A DNA stretch of 64,000 bases, taken from IMG/VR virus record IMGVR_UViG_3300031646_000001; one strand, written 5' to 3'. The notes under the pieces were generated by a model that was not told the origin of the DNA, did no database searches, and was given only the letters and a program-made list of their open reading frames with translations. The position numbers and the translations under genes were made by a program. This DNA is from an uncultured virus (IMG/VR IMGVR_UViG_3300031646_000001). Lineage: Duplodnaviria; Heunggongvirae; Uroviricota; Caudoviricetes. Below are positions 12,001-20,477 of the stretch, piece after piece (within the stretch, counting starts at the first letter, position 1; the number at the start of each line of letters is the position of its first letter).

Positions 12001-12031
12001 AAAAGTTATTTTGTCGTTGTATTTGGGCCAT
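6083..12031 (-). CDS. gp6: Baseplate wedge subunit, T4 gp6-like, with a large internal repeat insertion
   Basis: N-terminus (YDFDTIKRAMIEYL...FNDFIESSE...ELLAYMGQ...ENFLDTAERTESIRRLAKMLNY), RFADGSFG and TQDRMVNGEDY motifs are typical of gp6/baseplate J proteins; follows the gp25 gene. Confidence 0.85.
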   Translation of the reverse strand: MAQIQRQNNFFAAEDFRTIYRTFSEINFTAYDFDTIKRAMIEYLQRHFPEEFNDFIESSEFIAIIELLAYMGQTIAFRQDLNTRENFLDTAERTESIRRLAKMLNYTPKRNLPAAGVIKIFAVSTDEQIIDSAGNDLSNLVINWNDPNNVDYLEQLTLILNAAFLAQNPYGTPVKKGTVDAVPIEVYTIDAIKNLAVTYSLNGDVNGASFPFEVVNATFEDGMFMKEIEPNPANGLSMFYINDGLGNNSSQTGFFMYLKQGALSFDDFALDLPQPNREIFINKENINNFDVWCQTVDSTGTILDSWTKVPSVNGTSVVYNSLLKNKRKIFAVTSAVNDKISLRFADGSFGDAPSGTTRVWYRQSANLTTTARPEDIGLQTIQVPYIGKNNTTHILSITLGLVGSISNSLATETNAEIKTNAPQVFYTQDRMVNGEDYNTYPLYKNSDIIKIKAINRTHAGHSRFIDINDPTGTVQNLNVFAEDGFIYKDEQNIQVVAELTSSTTSNTIIQRYVQPQLSEDDVINFYYDVYRKAVHTADGSSAWRFTTSEVMQWVTLPSSTDGNKGYFVKQDVASIATNYQTVGTSGTGKNKFIVEKSLLEFQNSARSLTLFATVENLTVSGNPTGLTTGPIELNVSIPDGYILTRVYPKFRKLFNTTEQTAIFTQLDLKNTFGIGYDYKTSAFYVINPNNLSTATEFSLVNAQDNTNTNKDDSWIIKIEYVEATSLTSANFSLSTRGMRYIFESEEDVRFYFDNAFKTVDVKTGQAKRDVISLLKINSDKRSQIDRINILTPGNGYTSSPVVEFQQPGEIDPATAVAQLSWNFLSGGIGGSEYAPIDPALTYLDSVTVDSNGIQNEIMINNSGVLNTATGGRSLRLKANLSESATALPTIADDTISDIGIELFASGAGYTSLPTIAFPAPAGGGITALGYATIDTALTGATITDQGGGYITTPDVTVNSPGFSGTVWNVNHGLNQKYVNYEIIVTSGGNDLAIDHIYSQPTVEFIDENNLKVTWDSNTIGYIDIIKSKFVSPAQLSTNEWIINHNLGEQYPNIDVVYTEGSTDISAQGRFDHPIIEYTSTTQCKIKFPANVTKAGYVVVTHNLGNNGATGTGFNFTTGTPAGIWNITHNLGKKHVNVDIAKLGSALLMAGFASPDATKYYNIRGHYDAPTITFVDDNNLTITWITPTAGKATISCGTALGTQAIGVAHMAVGDDTGTPTLCAPVTINNGGAGYTAGNVLTVSGGDFTGGTAATITVNTVDGGGAITGATLLAGGDYITTAGGIAVPVLGGLGATFDLNWKVISIAFSPSPLTGGGGYQSLPTITIGAPPAGTAPCVSRQATATATQEGTVTGITVTNSGSGYTSVDLPAIITFTGGGYSTIAQARATTLNSSITAVTMINTGSGYTQGSPPTVIFTTAPIGGTSTTGTATVNATGNVTGIVIGNTGNGYYSRPLVTISGDGTLATATCTVNASGIIDTITITGGGSGYTSATVAFSGNTGINGTGTVTITGGAVTAVIINNGGTGWTPAPVCTIANSGSIRSVDIIDPGFGYTGRPLISYAETTNGTGASTINIDGFVSHVEITDPGNGYTSDTTVSFSTPTGDSPVTTIGTPVIKLNQNLETDIKFNLSKLLTYSDGYQDPRKVLVTFHDNDGDGIPDDPLSFDKFVDVARYLFEETYTDFDGYTYYKLSRNVLQADTQAEENVIIQNASTYAGKYIYRTDLKVFKKIASVTPYGLTTLTNATDGTLKLSAFIGRSGYNTPKVNSSDSTIANSTEEKIFFQWKHYAPTDQRVDPSVTNLIDIFILTKTYYDNVLSWKANNKTLVEFPAPPTNTELSISFNNLNNYKSISDQIIYRPVKFKLLFGSMAITELQATFKVIKTLGSDISDNEVKSQVIEAINRFFLLNNWDMGESFYYTELAAFIHQSMPTNISSVALVPTNSESNFGNLFQVKAEVDELFLPVAKVTDIDVVKGFTEQNLKIR

Positions 12032-12034
12032 TAT

Positions 12035-12406
12035 TTACTCCTGCAACTCCGTATTAAATTGTATTGCTAATGAATCAGTTATACCATCGGGTAAGTACGT
12101 TAATTGCATTTCTAATGTAATACTGTTATCAGTTTCAGTTAGTTGCGTATCACGTAATTCGACACGCGGATCTTCATTAACGATTCGTTCGGCATCTTGT
12201 AAAATTGCATCTTTTGATATTTCATCCAATGGATCCATTAGTAAATCATAGATTATGCTTCCAAAATTCGGAAGCATGACCCTTTCCCCCATTCTAGTAC
12301 TAAAATGATTTAATAAATCGATTTTTACTAAATCCATACCGGTTGCTGAGTACGAGGGCTTATCTCGATTAACTGTTGTAAAACCTTTGAAATAATAATC
12401 TTCCAT
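12035..12406 (-). CDS. gp25: Baseplate wedge subunit, gp25-like
   Basis: DLLNHFSTRMGERVMLPNFGSIIYDLLMDP...EDPRV signature; 123 aa. Confidence 0.9.
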   Translation of the reverse strand: MEDYYFKGFTTVNRDKPSYSATGMDLVKIDLLNHFSTRMGERVMLPNFGSIIYDLLMDPLDEISKDAILQDAERIVNEDPRVELRDTQLTETDNSITLEMQLTYLPDGITDSLAIQFNTELQE

Positions 12407-12471
12407 ATCTAATATACCGTTTTAATTATTTATCGTCGTAAATTCTATAGGGTTATATTAAGATATAAGAA

Positions 12472-14763
12472 TTAACCTAGAAGGGTACTTACATCCTCTT
12501 CATCGTTTTCGGCCACTATTACAACGCTTCTGGCTGGAAATGTAGTAAATAATTTTGCTTCGCGTGTGCGTCTGTTAAGTAATCCTTTACTAATAACTTT
12601 AGTTGGTACAAACACGGTTTGACCATTAACTGTTTTTTCAATATTTTTTGTAACTTTAGACCATTTCATCATTTCAGATGGTACTTTTTCTATATTACCA
12701 GCATTAATTTCTTTTACTAATGTGCTTTTTCGAAATGCATTAATTCCAATGTTATAAGCCATAGATGTTAATGCATCAAATTGATTTTGCGTTAATGGTT
12801 TTGTAATAGCGCCTTTTACTGCTCGTTCGGCCTCTCTCATATCTTGTGCTAATAATTCTTTTGCTTTTGCTTTATCAATAGTAGTAAATGATTCGCCTGC
12901 TTTAATTAAATGGCCATAGCCAATTGTAAGTTTACCAGCAGAATCTTTATAAGGAGTAGAACTATATCCTTCAAAATCTTTAACTATATCAACTCCCTTT
13001 TCACTTACTTTTGATAAGTTCATGTCGTGTAATATTGCTTCTCCGGCGGAATTAACTGGATCACTCTTTTTCTTAAATATTGGGTCACCTTCTGGCCCGA
13101 AGCGAACGCCTTCGTGAATACCCGTTTGATCAATTTTATCTAATGGTTTTGTTGCACTGGAACTTATTGCACCATCTTTAATTGGTTTATTAGTTGCTGG
13201 GTCAATAAATTTAGGTTCAACTGTATCGGAGGCCGCCTGAGGATATAATCCTCGAGTTAATTCATTTTTATGATATTGATATGGCTCTCTACTTGGCAGG
13301 CGAGTATGCCTGCCTTCGTGTGGTAAAATTTCTGGGCCTACACACTCAACGTAAGTTAAGACATCGTCAACAATTATTAATTCTGGAAGTATTGGCGCCG
13401 CAGGAAATATATCTGTTACGGCCTCAGGTCCGTTCATATGAATTTCTGGGGCAGTTTCTTTATAAATGCCACCTGCTTTAACATTCATTTCATCGTTTGA
13501 TGTAAAAAATGCTTTTGCCGCAGTGTGATAAGACATATTGTCTATCACATGATAATGTAAAGTTTTATGTATTAAGTGTCTCACATATCCAGCAATATCA
13601 GTTTCGATATCACCTTTATCTAATGTACCATGTATATGCCCGTTTTTTAATTCATAGATAATTGAACCATCAGCAATAGGTGTTTTAATCGGGTCACTTG
13701 CTTTTGCTGGATCATATGTTTGTCCTAAATCATTTGTTGAAATTCCCAAAGGTGGTGCATAATCGGCGGGCATATGTAAGTTAAGATCACGTCCAATGTC
13801 AATATTTAAATCTCTATCTGCCCGTATGTTAATATCTTCTTCTGCTCTAATCGAAAGATGCTGACCACTATAAATTTCAACATTACCAACTTGATCTAAT
13901 TCAATCCATGCCGTAGCATCCTTATTACAAATGTATACAAATCCTGATGAATCATGTAATAAGATTTGTGCGCCTCCCCGAGTACGTAATCGTATAAGTC
14001 CATTTTTATTATCATCCATAGGATCGCCATCATCCATAACAAATGTGTGGCCACCTGCCCTTTTAAAAGTTTCGCCAACCCTTAATGCATCAGGGTCAAT
14101 TGGACCCGGGGTGCTCATACCATATACGTGGCTTGGCGTTTCTCTGGCCGCACTACTTGATGTTGTTCCTCTATACGGGTCTTCAATTAGACCTTGAGCA
14201 ACCAATCTGTCATATGTTGGTTTATGATATGGCCGCAAGGGAGGCATTAATGGATCATTTAATGCTGGATCATATTTGTTATATTCTGTTGTTGGAACAA
14301 TCGGATAACACGGAGCATCGTGTTTGTCGTATACTCCTAATCCTGGCATACTATGATTCATAAAAGAATCTAATAAACAACCTATCCATACACCGCGAGA
14401 TAGGTCACCACCAATAAACATTACTAATACTTTATTACCAACATCGGGTGGTACTGCCCAAAAGCCATATGAGGTTGGAGTAAAATCATATGTTTTGTCA
14501 TGGATCCAATGTCGTTCAGCGGCCGGCGTTGATCCACCAAATGGTGTTGCATATGAAACTGTTTTCCAAAGTCTATAATTATCTTCGTCGCCGCCCATAT
14601 CTGGAAGATAAACTTCAAGTCTTCCCATATGTTGTGAATCGCGTGTACCTTTTACAATGCCAATATATAAACCATAGAATTTTTTATCACCGGTATCGCC
14701 TGTAAAATGCCCCGGTATTTCTTTTGATTGATTATACGACGGTAGATCGTCTTTTCTTACCAT
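12472..14763 (-). CDS. gp5: Baseplate hub/spike gp5-like protein with C-terminal GH24 lysozyme
   Basis: OB-fold N-terminus (GIVKGTRDSQHMGRLEVY...PPDVGNKVLVMF), GHTFVMDDG...IRLRTRGGAQILLHD spike region, C-terminal lysozyme FEGYSSTPYKDSAGKLTIGYGH (E-x8-D-x5-T) and GLLNRRTREAKLF. Confidence 0.85.
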   Translation of the reverse strand: MVRKDDLPSYNQSKEIPGHFTGDTGDKKFYGLYIGIVKGTRDSQHMGRLEVYLPDMGGDEDNYRLWKTVSYATPFGGSTPAAERHWIHDKTYDFTPTSYGFWAVPPDVGNKVLVMFIGGDLSRGVWIGCLLDSFMNHSMPGLGVYDKHDAPCYPIVPTTEYNKYDPALNDPLMPPLRPYHKPTYDRLVAQGLIEDPYRGTTSSSAARETPSHVYGMSTPGPIDPDALRVGETFKRAGGHTFVMDDGDPMDDNKNGLIRLRTRGGAQILLHDSSGFVYICNKDATAWIELDQVGNVEIYSGQHLSIRAEEDINIRADRDLNIDIGRDLNLHMPADYAPPLGISTNDLGQTYDPAKASDPIKTPIADGSIIYELKNGHIHGTLDKGDIETDIAGYVRHLIHKTLHYHVIDNMSYHTAAKAFFTSNDEMNVKAGGIYKETAPEIHMNGPEAVTDIFPAAPILPELIIVDDVLTYVECVGPEILPHEGRHTRLPSREPYQYHKNELTRGLYPQAASDTVEPKFIDPATNKPIKDGAISSSATKPLDKIDQTGIHEGVRFGPEGDPIFKKKSDPVNSAGEAILHDMNLSKVSEKGVDIVKDFEGYSSTPYKDSAGKLTIGYGHLIKAGESFTTIDKAKAKELLAQDMREAERAVKGAITKPLTQNQFDALTSMAYNIGINAFRKSTLVKEINAGNIEKVPSEMMKWSKVTKNIEKTVNGQTVFVPTKVISKGLLNRRTREAKLFTTFPARSVVIVAENDEEDVSTLLG

Positions 14764-14778
14764 AATTATATCTCACCA

Positions 14779-17700
14779 TTACCCAATTTGAGCGCCGCCT
14801 GCTTCCATGTTCTTAGCGTTATCAATTGCGATGTATTTGTCTGTTATGTGATAACCAGTTTTTTGCATAAATGCTTTATTTTCTCTGGCTGCGGCCGACA
14901 TGTTTTGGCCGCCGAATACTGTATTTAAATCTATACTAGTAGATCGTGTCAATGCTAATTCCTGAGAATATTCACCGTCTGAAAAATTATGTACTGCCGA
15001 AATTACTTGATAAACACCATTTAACGAATTGCGTTGTTGAATTTCCATTACTCCAGTTTCTGGATCATATGTATTAGATTGATCTGCAATAATAATACAA
15101 TACGCTTCACTAATACTTGGTGTAACAGACATGTCCTTGCCGAGTGCATCAAGTTGTTTTCCTTGATATATCTTCGGCCACCAAAATGGGTCTCCTCGAA
15201 TCGTCAGGGTAACGTTTACCATGTTCGTATTTTTACTTTGATAAATCTCTGAAAAAATATTTTTTCCTCTATCGTGGCCTTCTCTTATGCCAGCACTTTC
15301 TGTTTTTGCTACTACTGAACTTGCAAATTTTACAGGAAACATTACTCCTTGGTCAATTGCACTTTCTACAAGTTCATCGTTAATATCATTTAAAAATGTA
15401 GTTTTACCTAAAGCAACAGGCAACGATGCTGGCTCCCAACTAATAATCCGTATCGGGCCATTGCCTTTTTGGAATGCCCTTTGATTCGCCCCAAGGCCTT
15501 TTATTATGCCTTGTCTTTGTTCGGCGCCCATACCTTGTACATTAATGATTCGAACTTTTTCGCTTACTTTTGCACCAGTTCCTTGTAGGGTGCGGATCAC
15601 TTCTTTTTCTTGTATAGATATTATTTCGTCAGCATGCCGTTTTTGTTCGGACGTAAGTTTTGCTTCTGCTTTCGCAATTTCAAAACTATCTATCATTGGA
15701 TTTCCGTCATCGTCATATTCAATATTTTGCTTCGCTGCCTCTACTTCCTTTTCGGCTTTTTTAACAGCACCCGCCGATTGTTTTTCGGCTTCTTTAAGAA
15801 CTCGCAAATCTATTAAGGCTTTATCGGCAAAACCTAAATGTGCCGCACCTTGTTTAGCATCTCCTACTTGTACACCGTGTTGTCTTTGTTGATAACCTGA
15901 AACGATACCTGAGTATAATTGATTAGCATTGAATACTAAATTATCAAATGTCCACTCAAGGCCTTTAATTTCAGTATTTAAACCAGTATACATATGATGA
16001 TAACATTTTCTTACAAAGTTTCCTTTAAGCATTGCTTGTAACCGTGATATCGAAACACCTTTATTTTGTGTTGTTGTTGCTTGTTGAGTTTCAGAATAAC
16101 TTGGAGCAGAGCTTTCAAACACTTTGAAAAAGTTTTTGGATGCATATTTGCGTCTACCTATATCATAATCTTTTAATATAACTTCACTTTCGATTTGAAT
16201 AAATTCTCGTATTATATTATCTGGATTTATATTTTTTAGATCTTTTGCGGCCGTCTTTGACGCCGGATCTACAAGGCCAGAAATTAACGCTTGTGCTTCA
16301 ACAGTATTTGATACAAGATTAATAATAAGGTCAGTTAATCTAGTACCCCTTGCCGCAGTAATGGTAACTTTTCCTAAAGACTTATTTAAATCAGCAGTAT
16401 GTGCGGACTTTGCTTTTGATGTCGATTCGGAATTTTTGAGAGACGAAGACACATTGCGTGATGGGTGTCCTTTTGGTTCTGGTGTTGCAATACTTGTTTT
16501 TGGGTTGAATTCCGCTTTTTGGTTTGCTACATTATCAAAAAGTTTACCTTTACCAACTACCATTTTATAATCTTTAATTTTATTAATGCCGCCGCCGCTT
16601 GTTTCTGGAAATTCAATATAAATTTCATCTGGAATGATATGTACATCTTTGCCGTTAGTTTCTAACTTATACATTTCCGTAGTAATTTGTGTAAGAATTT
16701 CACCAACAGTATACCCTGATACAGTTATTTCTTCTTGTGTCGTTTGTAATTGATTATTAAATACTTGTGCGCGATAACTGACGAATGTAAGTTCATATGT
16801 TGAACCACCTTCGTCTAATGTTGCGGCACCTGCTTTAGCAATTCTAACTGGGAAACATCTAAATATTTTATTAATTTGTTTCTCCGGAGCATCAGTAATT
16901 GAATTTCTGCCATTCCACTCAACGTGTATAAACATAGGCATCTCCGTATGATCTTGCCATCCTCCAACAATTGATGCTTTAATTAATAAATCTATAAAAT
17001 CATTATTAGTCGGCGCTTTAATAGTAACTGTAACATCTAATGGTTGTGTACCTGTTCCTTGATCTGGATTTTTGCCAATAGTTGTCTTAAAAGATAATCC
17101 TTCTATATAAAATTCATCGGTGCCGGCCGATTGTGTTACAATAATTGCATTGTTTTTATAAGCATCAAGGCCTTTCATTGCAACCTCATTAATACGATGC
17201 CCTAAAACAATATTTGCAGGCAAAGCAAATAAGGTAATATTATATGCGACTAAATTAAACCCGGCAGTATCGTCTTCGTTAAAATATAATTTATTAGTTA
17301 AAAATTTATCTTGAAATAATGCATTAAGATCATCATATGATATTCGATTTTGATCTACACCATTTGATGTTGTTGGGGCCGTCGGATCCGACACTTTATA
17401 TTTGTTATTTCTAGGTGTATTTGGATTGCCGCCGCGGATATTATCTGATAGTTTGGCTTGGACATGAACGGCATGTTGATCAAACATATCGCCAAGATTA
17501 CCCACGCTCTCTGGTCCTTCAGTCATAGCAAGGCCGATCGCCGTGTTTTTTCTAACTTGTGCTTTTATTCCCGCCATTGCTACTGCAAATTCAACATCGC
17601 CTAAGTCATGAAGATCTTGTTTAGTAAGTGCGGCCATAAATGGTGCTACGATACCTTTAACTTCGGTATTGTTTGAACTCTCTGTACCTAGTTGTGGGTT

Positions 17701-17916
17701 GCGTACTGAATTAACGCCGCCGCGGGGGATTACCTTTTGTTCTTGTCGTGTTTTTATTTCTACCCCACCAAAAGGATCAATTCCCACTGATGAAGTACCT
17801 TGCGGAGACCGGAATGGCTCTTCGGCGACGTTATTTAGATCGGCTGCTCTTTTACGGGCCCGTCTGCGGGCCTTTATGATGTCCCTGATGGATACGTTCT
17901 TTTTTTCAGTACCCAT
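14779..17916 (-). CDS. Probable baseplate hub protein (gp27/late-control-D-like)
   Basis: C-terminal VTLTIRGDPFW...GVYQVISAVHNFSDGEYSQELAL motif; located between gp53-like and gp5-like genes. Confidence 0.55.
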   Translation of the reverse strand: MGTEKKNVSIRDIIKARRRARKRAADLNNVAEEPFRSPQGTSSVGIDPFGGVEIKTRQEQKVIPRGGVNSVRNPQLGTESSNNTEVKGIVAPFMAALTKQDLHDLGDVEFAVAMAGIKAQVRKNTAIGLAMTEGPESVGNLGDMFDQHAVHVQAKLSDNIRGGNPNTPRNNKYKVSDPTAPTTSNGVDQNRISYDDLNALFQDKFLTNKLYFNEDDTAGFNLVAYNITLFALPANIVLGHRINEVAMKGLDAYKNNAIIVTQSAGTDEFYIEGLSFKTTIGKNPDQGTGTQPLDVTVTIKAPTNNDFIDLLIKASIVGGWQDHTEMPMFIHVEWNGRNSITDAPEKQINKIFRCFPVRIAKAGAATLDEGGSTYELTFVSYRAQVFNNQLQTTQEEITVSGYTVGEILTQITTEMYKLETNGKDVHIIPDEIYIEFPETSGGGINKIKDYKMVVGKGKLFDNVANQKAEFNPKTSIATPEPKGHPSRNVSSSLKNSESTSKAKSAHTADLNKSLGKVTITAARGTRLTDLIINLVSNTVEAQALISGLVDPASKTAAKDLKNINPDNIIREFIQIESEVILKDYDIGRRKYASKNFFKVFESSAPSYSETQQATTTQNKGVSISRLQAMLKGNFVRKCYHHMYTGLNTEIKGLEWTFDNLVFNANQLYSGIVSGYQQRQHGVQVGDAKQGAAHLGFADKALIDLRVLKEAEKQSAGAVKKAEKEVEAAKQNIEYDDDGNPMIDSFEIAKAEAKLTSEQKRHADEIISIQEKEVIRTLQGTGAKVSEKVRIINVQGMGAEQRQGIIKGLGANQRAFQKGNGPIRIISWEPASLPVALGKTTFLNDINDELVESAIDQGVMFPVKFASSVVAKTESAGIREGHDRGKNIFSEIYQSKNTNMVNVTLTIRGDPFWWPKIYQGKQLDALGKDMSVTPSISEAYCIIIADQSNTYDPETGVMEIQQRNSLNGVYQVISAVHNFSDGEYSQELALTRSTSIDLNTVFGGQNMSAAARENKAFMQKTGYHITDKYIAIDNAKNMEAGGAQIG

Positions 17917-17917
17917 T

Positions 17918-18208
17918 TTACGACCTGCTTATAACGTTTATACGATTTGATGGGATTCGAATTTCTAAGCCAGATACAAAATCTTCGACCGGATCTATAA
18001 GAATATCGACATTTCGTAAAGCAAAGAGCCACCAATAGTTAGGCGACCCATATATTTCAGTTGCCATTAAGTCTGGACGTTTATTATATTTTGTTGGAAT
18101 AGTTAGTTTTTCATCGCTATTCGAAAAGGCCACGCCAGGATCCTGCCAGAGATCTAAGTAAAAATCTCTTCTATATGTATTAGAATAAAAACTATCATTT
18201 CCAGCCAT
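17918..18208 (-). CDS. gp53: Baseplate wedge gp53-like (LysM-like) protein
   Basis: RPDLMATEIYGSPNYWWLFALRN...DPVEDFVSGLEIRIP motif. Confidence 0.8.
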   Translation of the reverse strand: MAGNDSFYSNTYRRDFYLDLWQDPGVAFSNSDEKLTIPTKYNKRPDLMATEIYGSPNYWWLFALRNVDILIDPVEDFVSGLEIRIPSNRINVISRS

Positions 18209-18858
18209 TAACTAAACCCCTTTCCAAGTAATTTACCGTTAACAAAATCCTTCATTGTAAACTGTTTTCTTGTCTCATATGTATTATATGCTGGTGATAA
18301 TGATAAAATAAAAGTAACTTTAATTGGTATAAATGTTTGGTCTACAATTGGATTGCCGCCTTTAATTTGGCCATGAGCATTTTCAATTCTTGCAAAAACA
18401 TAATCAGTGCTAGTATCTAATGCATAGTTTAAGTTAGAAATTACTACAGGAATATTTTTAAAAAATCCTGGGCCATATCCACTAAAGTTTAATACAGGTG
18501 GTGGAACCCCTCGATTTTTATCGTTTTCTCCAAATCCCATTTTCATTGCTGATTTAAAGAAATGCAATGCCGCTACTGCATATTTTGCTTCAGCAGTTGT
18601 TGCCGCAGTAAACTCAGCAGAACAAGTAATTTCTTGCATAGAATGATTTTGAAAAAATTTATATACAAAATTACTATGCGTTGGTTGATGCGTTCCATAA
18701 TTTGAAACATAAGATGCATTAATCATTGGTGTATAAGGAAAAATTACACCATTGTCATTTAGTAAAGGGCCGAGGATATCGGTTGTTTTAACCTCGGCGC
18801 CAAGTGATTTCCCTATAGAATGTTTACAAGTTAATCGAACTCGTGGGTCTGATTGCAT
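18208..18858 (-). CDS. Tail tube initiator/baseplate cap (gp48/gp54-like)
   Basis: FPYTP...AEFTA...PPPVLNFSGYG...IPVVISN tube-fold motifs; baseplate operon context. Confidence 0.55.
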   Translation of the reverse strand: MQSDPRVRLTCKHSIGKSLGAEVKTTDILGPLLNDNGVIFPYTPMINASYVSNYGTHQPTHSNFVYKFFQNHSMQEITCSAEFTAATTAEAKYAVAALHFFKSAMKMGFGENDKNRGVPPPVLNFSGYGPGFFKNIPVVISNLNYALDTSTDYVFARIENAHGQIKGGNPIVDQTFIPIKVTFILSLSPAYNTYETRKQFTMKDFVNGKLLGKGFS

Positions 18859-19496
18859 TATCCTAACCTCTTTTTGAGCATGTCGAATGCATTCTCATCA
18901 AATTTTCCAAATAAATCAATAAACATTTCCTTTTGTTCCTCGGCATCTGCTGTTTTAAAATTTGCTCTAATTTCGCTTGCGCTAGTTGCTGGTTTACCTA
19001 ACACTTGAAATTCAAATGTTGGTACTGTACCAATGTAACTATGTTCTGCAAACGGTTTAGCATCTTCCATATTAGTCCAACGTTGAAAATGTGTTGGGCC
19101 TGTTCCACTTTTTAACATTTTTTGTCCCGAGTCAGGAAAACTAAAACGAGGATCTTCGGCCATATCTTTTTCACTTACAACGTATAGGACAACAATCTTT
19201 TTTGGATCATATTTGCCTGTAATTTCTACAGCATTATATGGATTTTTTGTTTGTATAATTGCATTCGAGTCGACCCCACCAAGGGTCATAAGTTGCTTTT
19301 TATCAGCAAACCCCATTGGATGTCTGTCGCCGCCAGAAACGTCACTAGTTGAAATAAACACATCGCCCTTACCTCCATATTGTTTACGAAGATAATTATA
19401 TACAGCACCATGTCCCTTATGGAACGGTTGGAATCTACCAGGGTATATGGCAATGATTTTTTGTGTAGTTGCTTCAAGCAATTCAAGTATACGCAT
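18858..19496 (-). CDS. Cytidylyltransferase-like (HIGH-motif) nucleotidyltransferase
   Basis: IYPGRFQPFHKGH (HxGH) and SASEIR motifs. Confidence 0.8.
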   Translation of the reverse strand: MRILELLEATTQKIIAIYPGRFQPFHKGHGAVYNYLRKQYGGKGDVFISTSDVSGGDRHPMGFADKKQLMTLGGVDSNAIIQTKNPYNAVEITGKYDPKKIVVLYVVSEKDMAEDPRFSFPDSGQKMLKSGTGPTHFQRWTNMEDAKPFAEHSYIGTVPTFEFQVLGKPATSASEIRANFKTADAEEQKEMFIDLFGKFDENAFDMLKKRLG

Positions 19497-19517
19497 TAAA
19501 TCATTCTCCTATAACTT

Positions 19518-19523
19518 TATTTA
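19518..19523 (-). promoter_or_regulatory. Late promoter motif TAAATA for the NTase/baseplate operon
   Basis: GATAAATA on the minus strand ~20 nt upstream of the 19496 ATG; the same motif recurs before most structural genes (e.g. 12427-12432 minus). Confidence 0.65.
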
Positions 19524-19548
19524 TCGTAAAAAAATCTTCAGAATTTAC

Positions 19549-19577
19549 TTGACCTTGCAAGGAAAATATATTATAAT
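19549..19577 (+). promoter_or_regulatory. Sigma70-type promoter for gp55-gp47-gp46-sbmA
   Basis: TTGACC-17 nt-TATAAT, then the AGGAGA RBS before ATG 19602. Confidence 0.75.
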
Positions 19578-19601
19578 ATACAATATAGGTAGGAGAACAT
19601 A

Positions 19602-20477
19602 ATGGCAAGAAGACAAAAATATTTAAATAATAAAGACATGCTTCTGCAGATACACAAGTCAAAAACTAGTTTCTGTTATTATATTGATAAAAGTTATAAT
19701 GATTTTGATATTATTTTGCCAAGCGTTGATGATATTATTGAGGAAAATATTGTATTAGCAAGATTAGCAAAGGCTAAGCGTATTAAAGATGGTATTGTAG
19801 CACGAATGAAGGAAGACGGAAAAGTTGTTAAAGCATCTAATATTCATGTTGATCCTGATAATGATGTTCAATTAGAAGAATTAGTTTTTCGTGTAATGAC
19901 TTATGATCATATTCCAGAAGATTCAACACGTAAGAAAAATCCAAAAACAGAAGCAGATAGGCGTACTAAAGTTCCATTCCCTCCCTTTAAACATTATGCG
20001 TTTGTTGGCGATGAATTAAAAGAAGTTGGCCGTAGCCATTGGAAGGGCGGTCTAAAAAATGGAAGATTTGATTTATTAACTGGGAAGGTAACAAACGAAT
20101 TGGCTATGATGTATCTTAAATTAGTTGAACGTTATAGTATGCGTAGTAACTGGCGTGGATATACTTATGTTGATGAAATGCGTGGCCAAGCATTATTGCA
20201 ATTGTCTCAAATAGGATTACAGTTTGACGAAAGTAAGTCACAAAATCCTTTTGCTTATTATACGGCGGCTATTACAAATAGTTTTACCCGTGTATTGAAC
20301 GTTGAAAAACGTAACCAAAACATTCGAGATGATATGCTCCAAGAAGCGGGTGCTATGCCAAGTTTTACTAGACAAATAAAACATGAGGAAGAGCAAAAAC
20401 TTCAACGAGAGCAAAAGATGAAAGCCTCAGAGGAAGCAATTGCAAAAACCAAGTCGGAAGAAGAAAGTACAGGATGA
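19602..20477 (+). CDS. gp55: Late-transcription sigma factor, gp55-like
   Basis: YLNNKDML N-terminus; RSNWRGYTYVDEMRGQALLQL...FDESKSQNPFAYYTAAITNSFTRVLNVEKRNQ signature; precedes gp47/gp46. Confidence 0.85.
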   Translation: MARRQKYLNNKDMLLQIHKSKTSFCYYIDKSYNDFDIILPSVDDIIEENIVLARLAKAKRIKDGIVARMKEDGKVVKASNIHVDPDNDVQLEELVFRVMTYDHIPEDSTRKKNPKTEADRRTKVPFPPFKHYAFVGDELKEVGRSHWKGGLKNGRFDLLTGKVTNELAMMYLKLVERYSMRSNWRGYTYVDEMRGQALLQLSQIGLQFDESKSQNPFAYYTAAITNSFTRVLNVEKRNQNIRDDMLQEAGAMPSFTRQIKHEEEQKLQREQKMKASEEAIAKTKSEEESTG

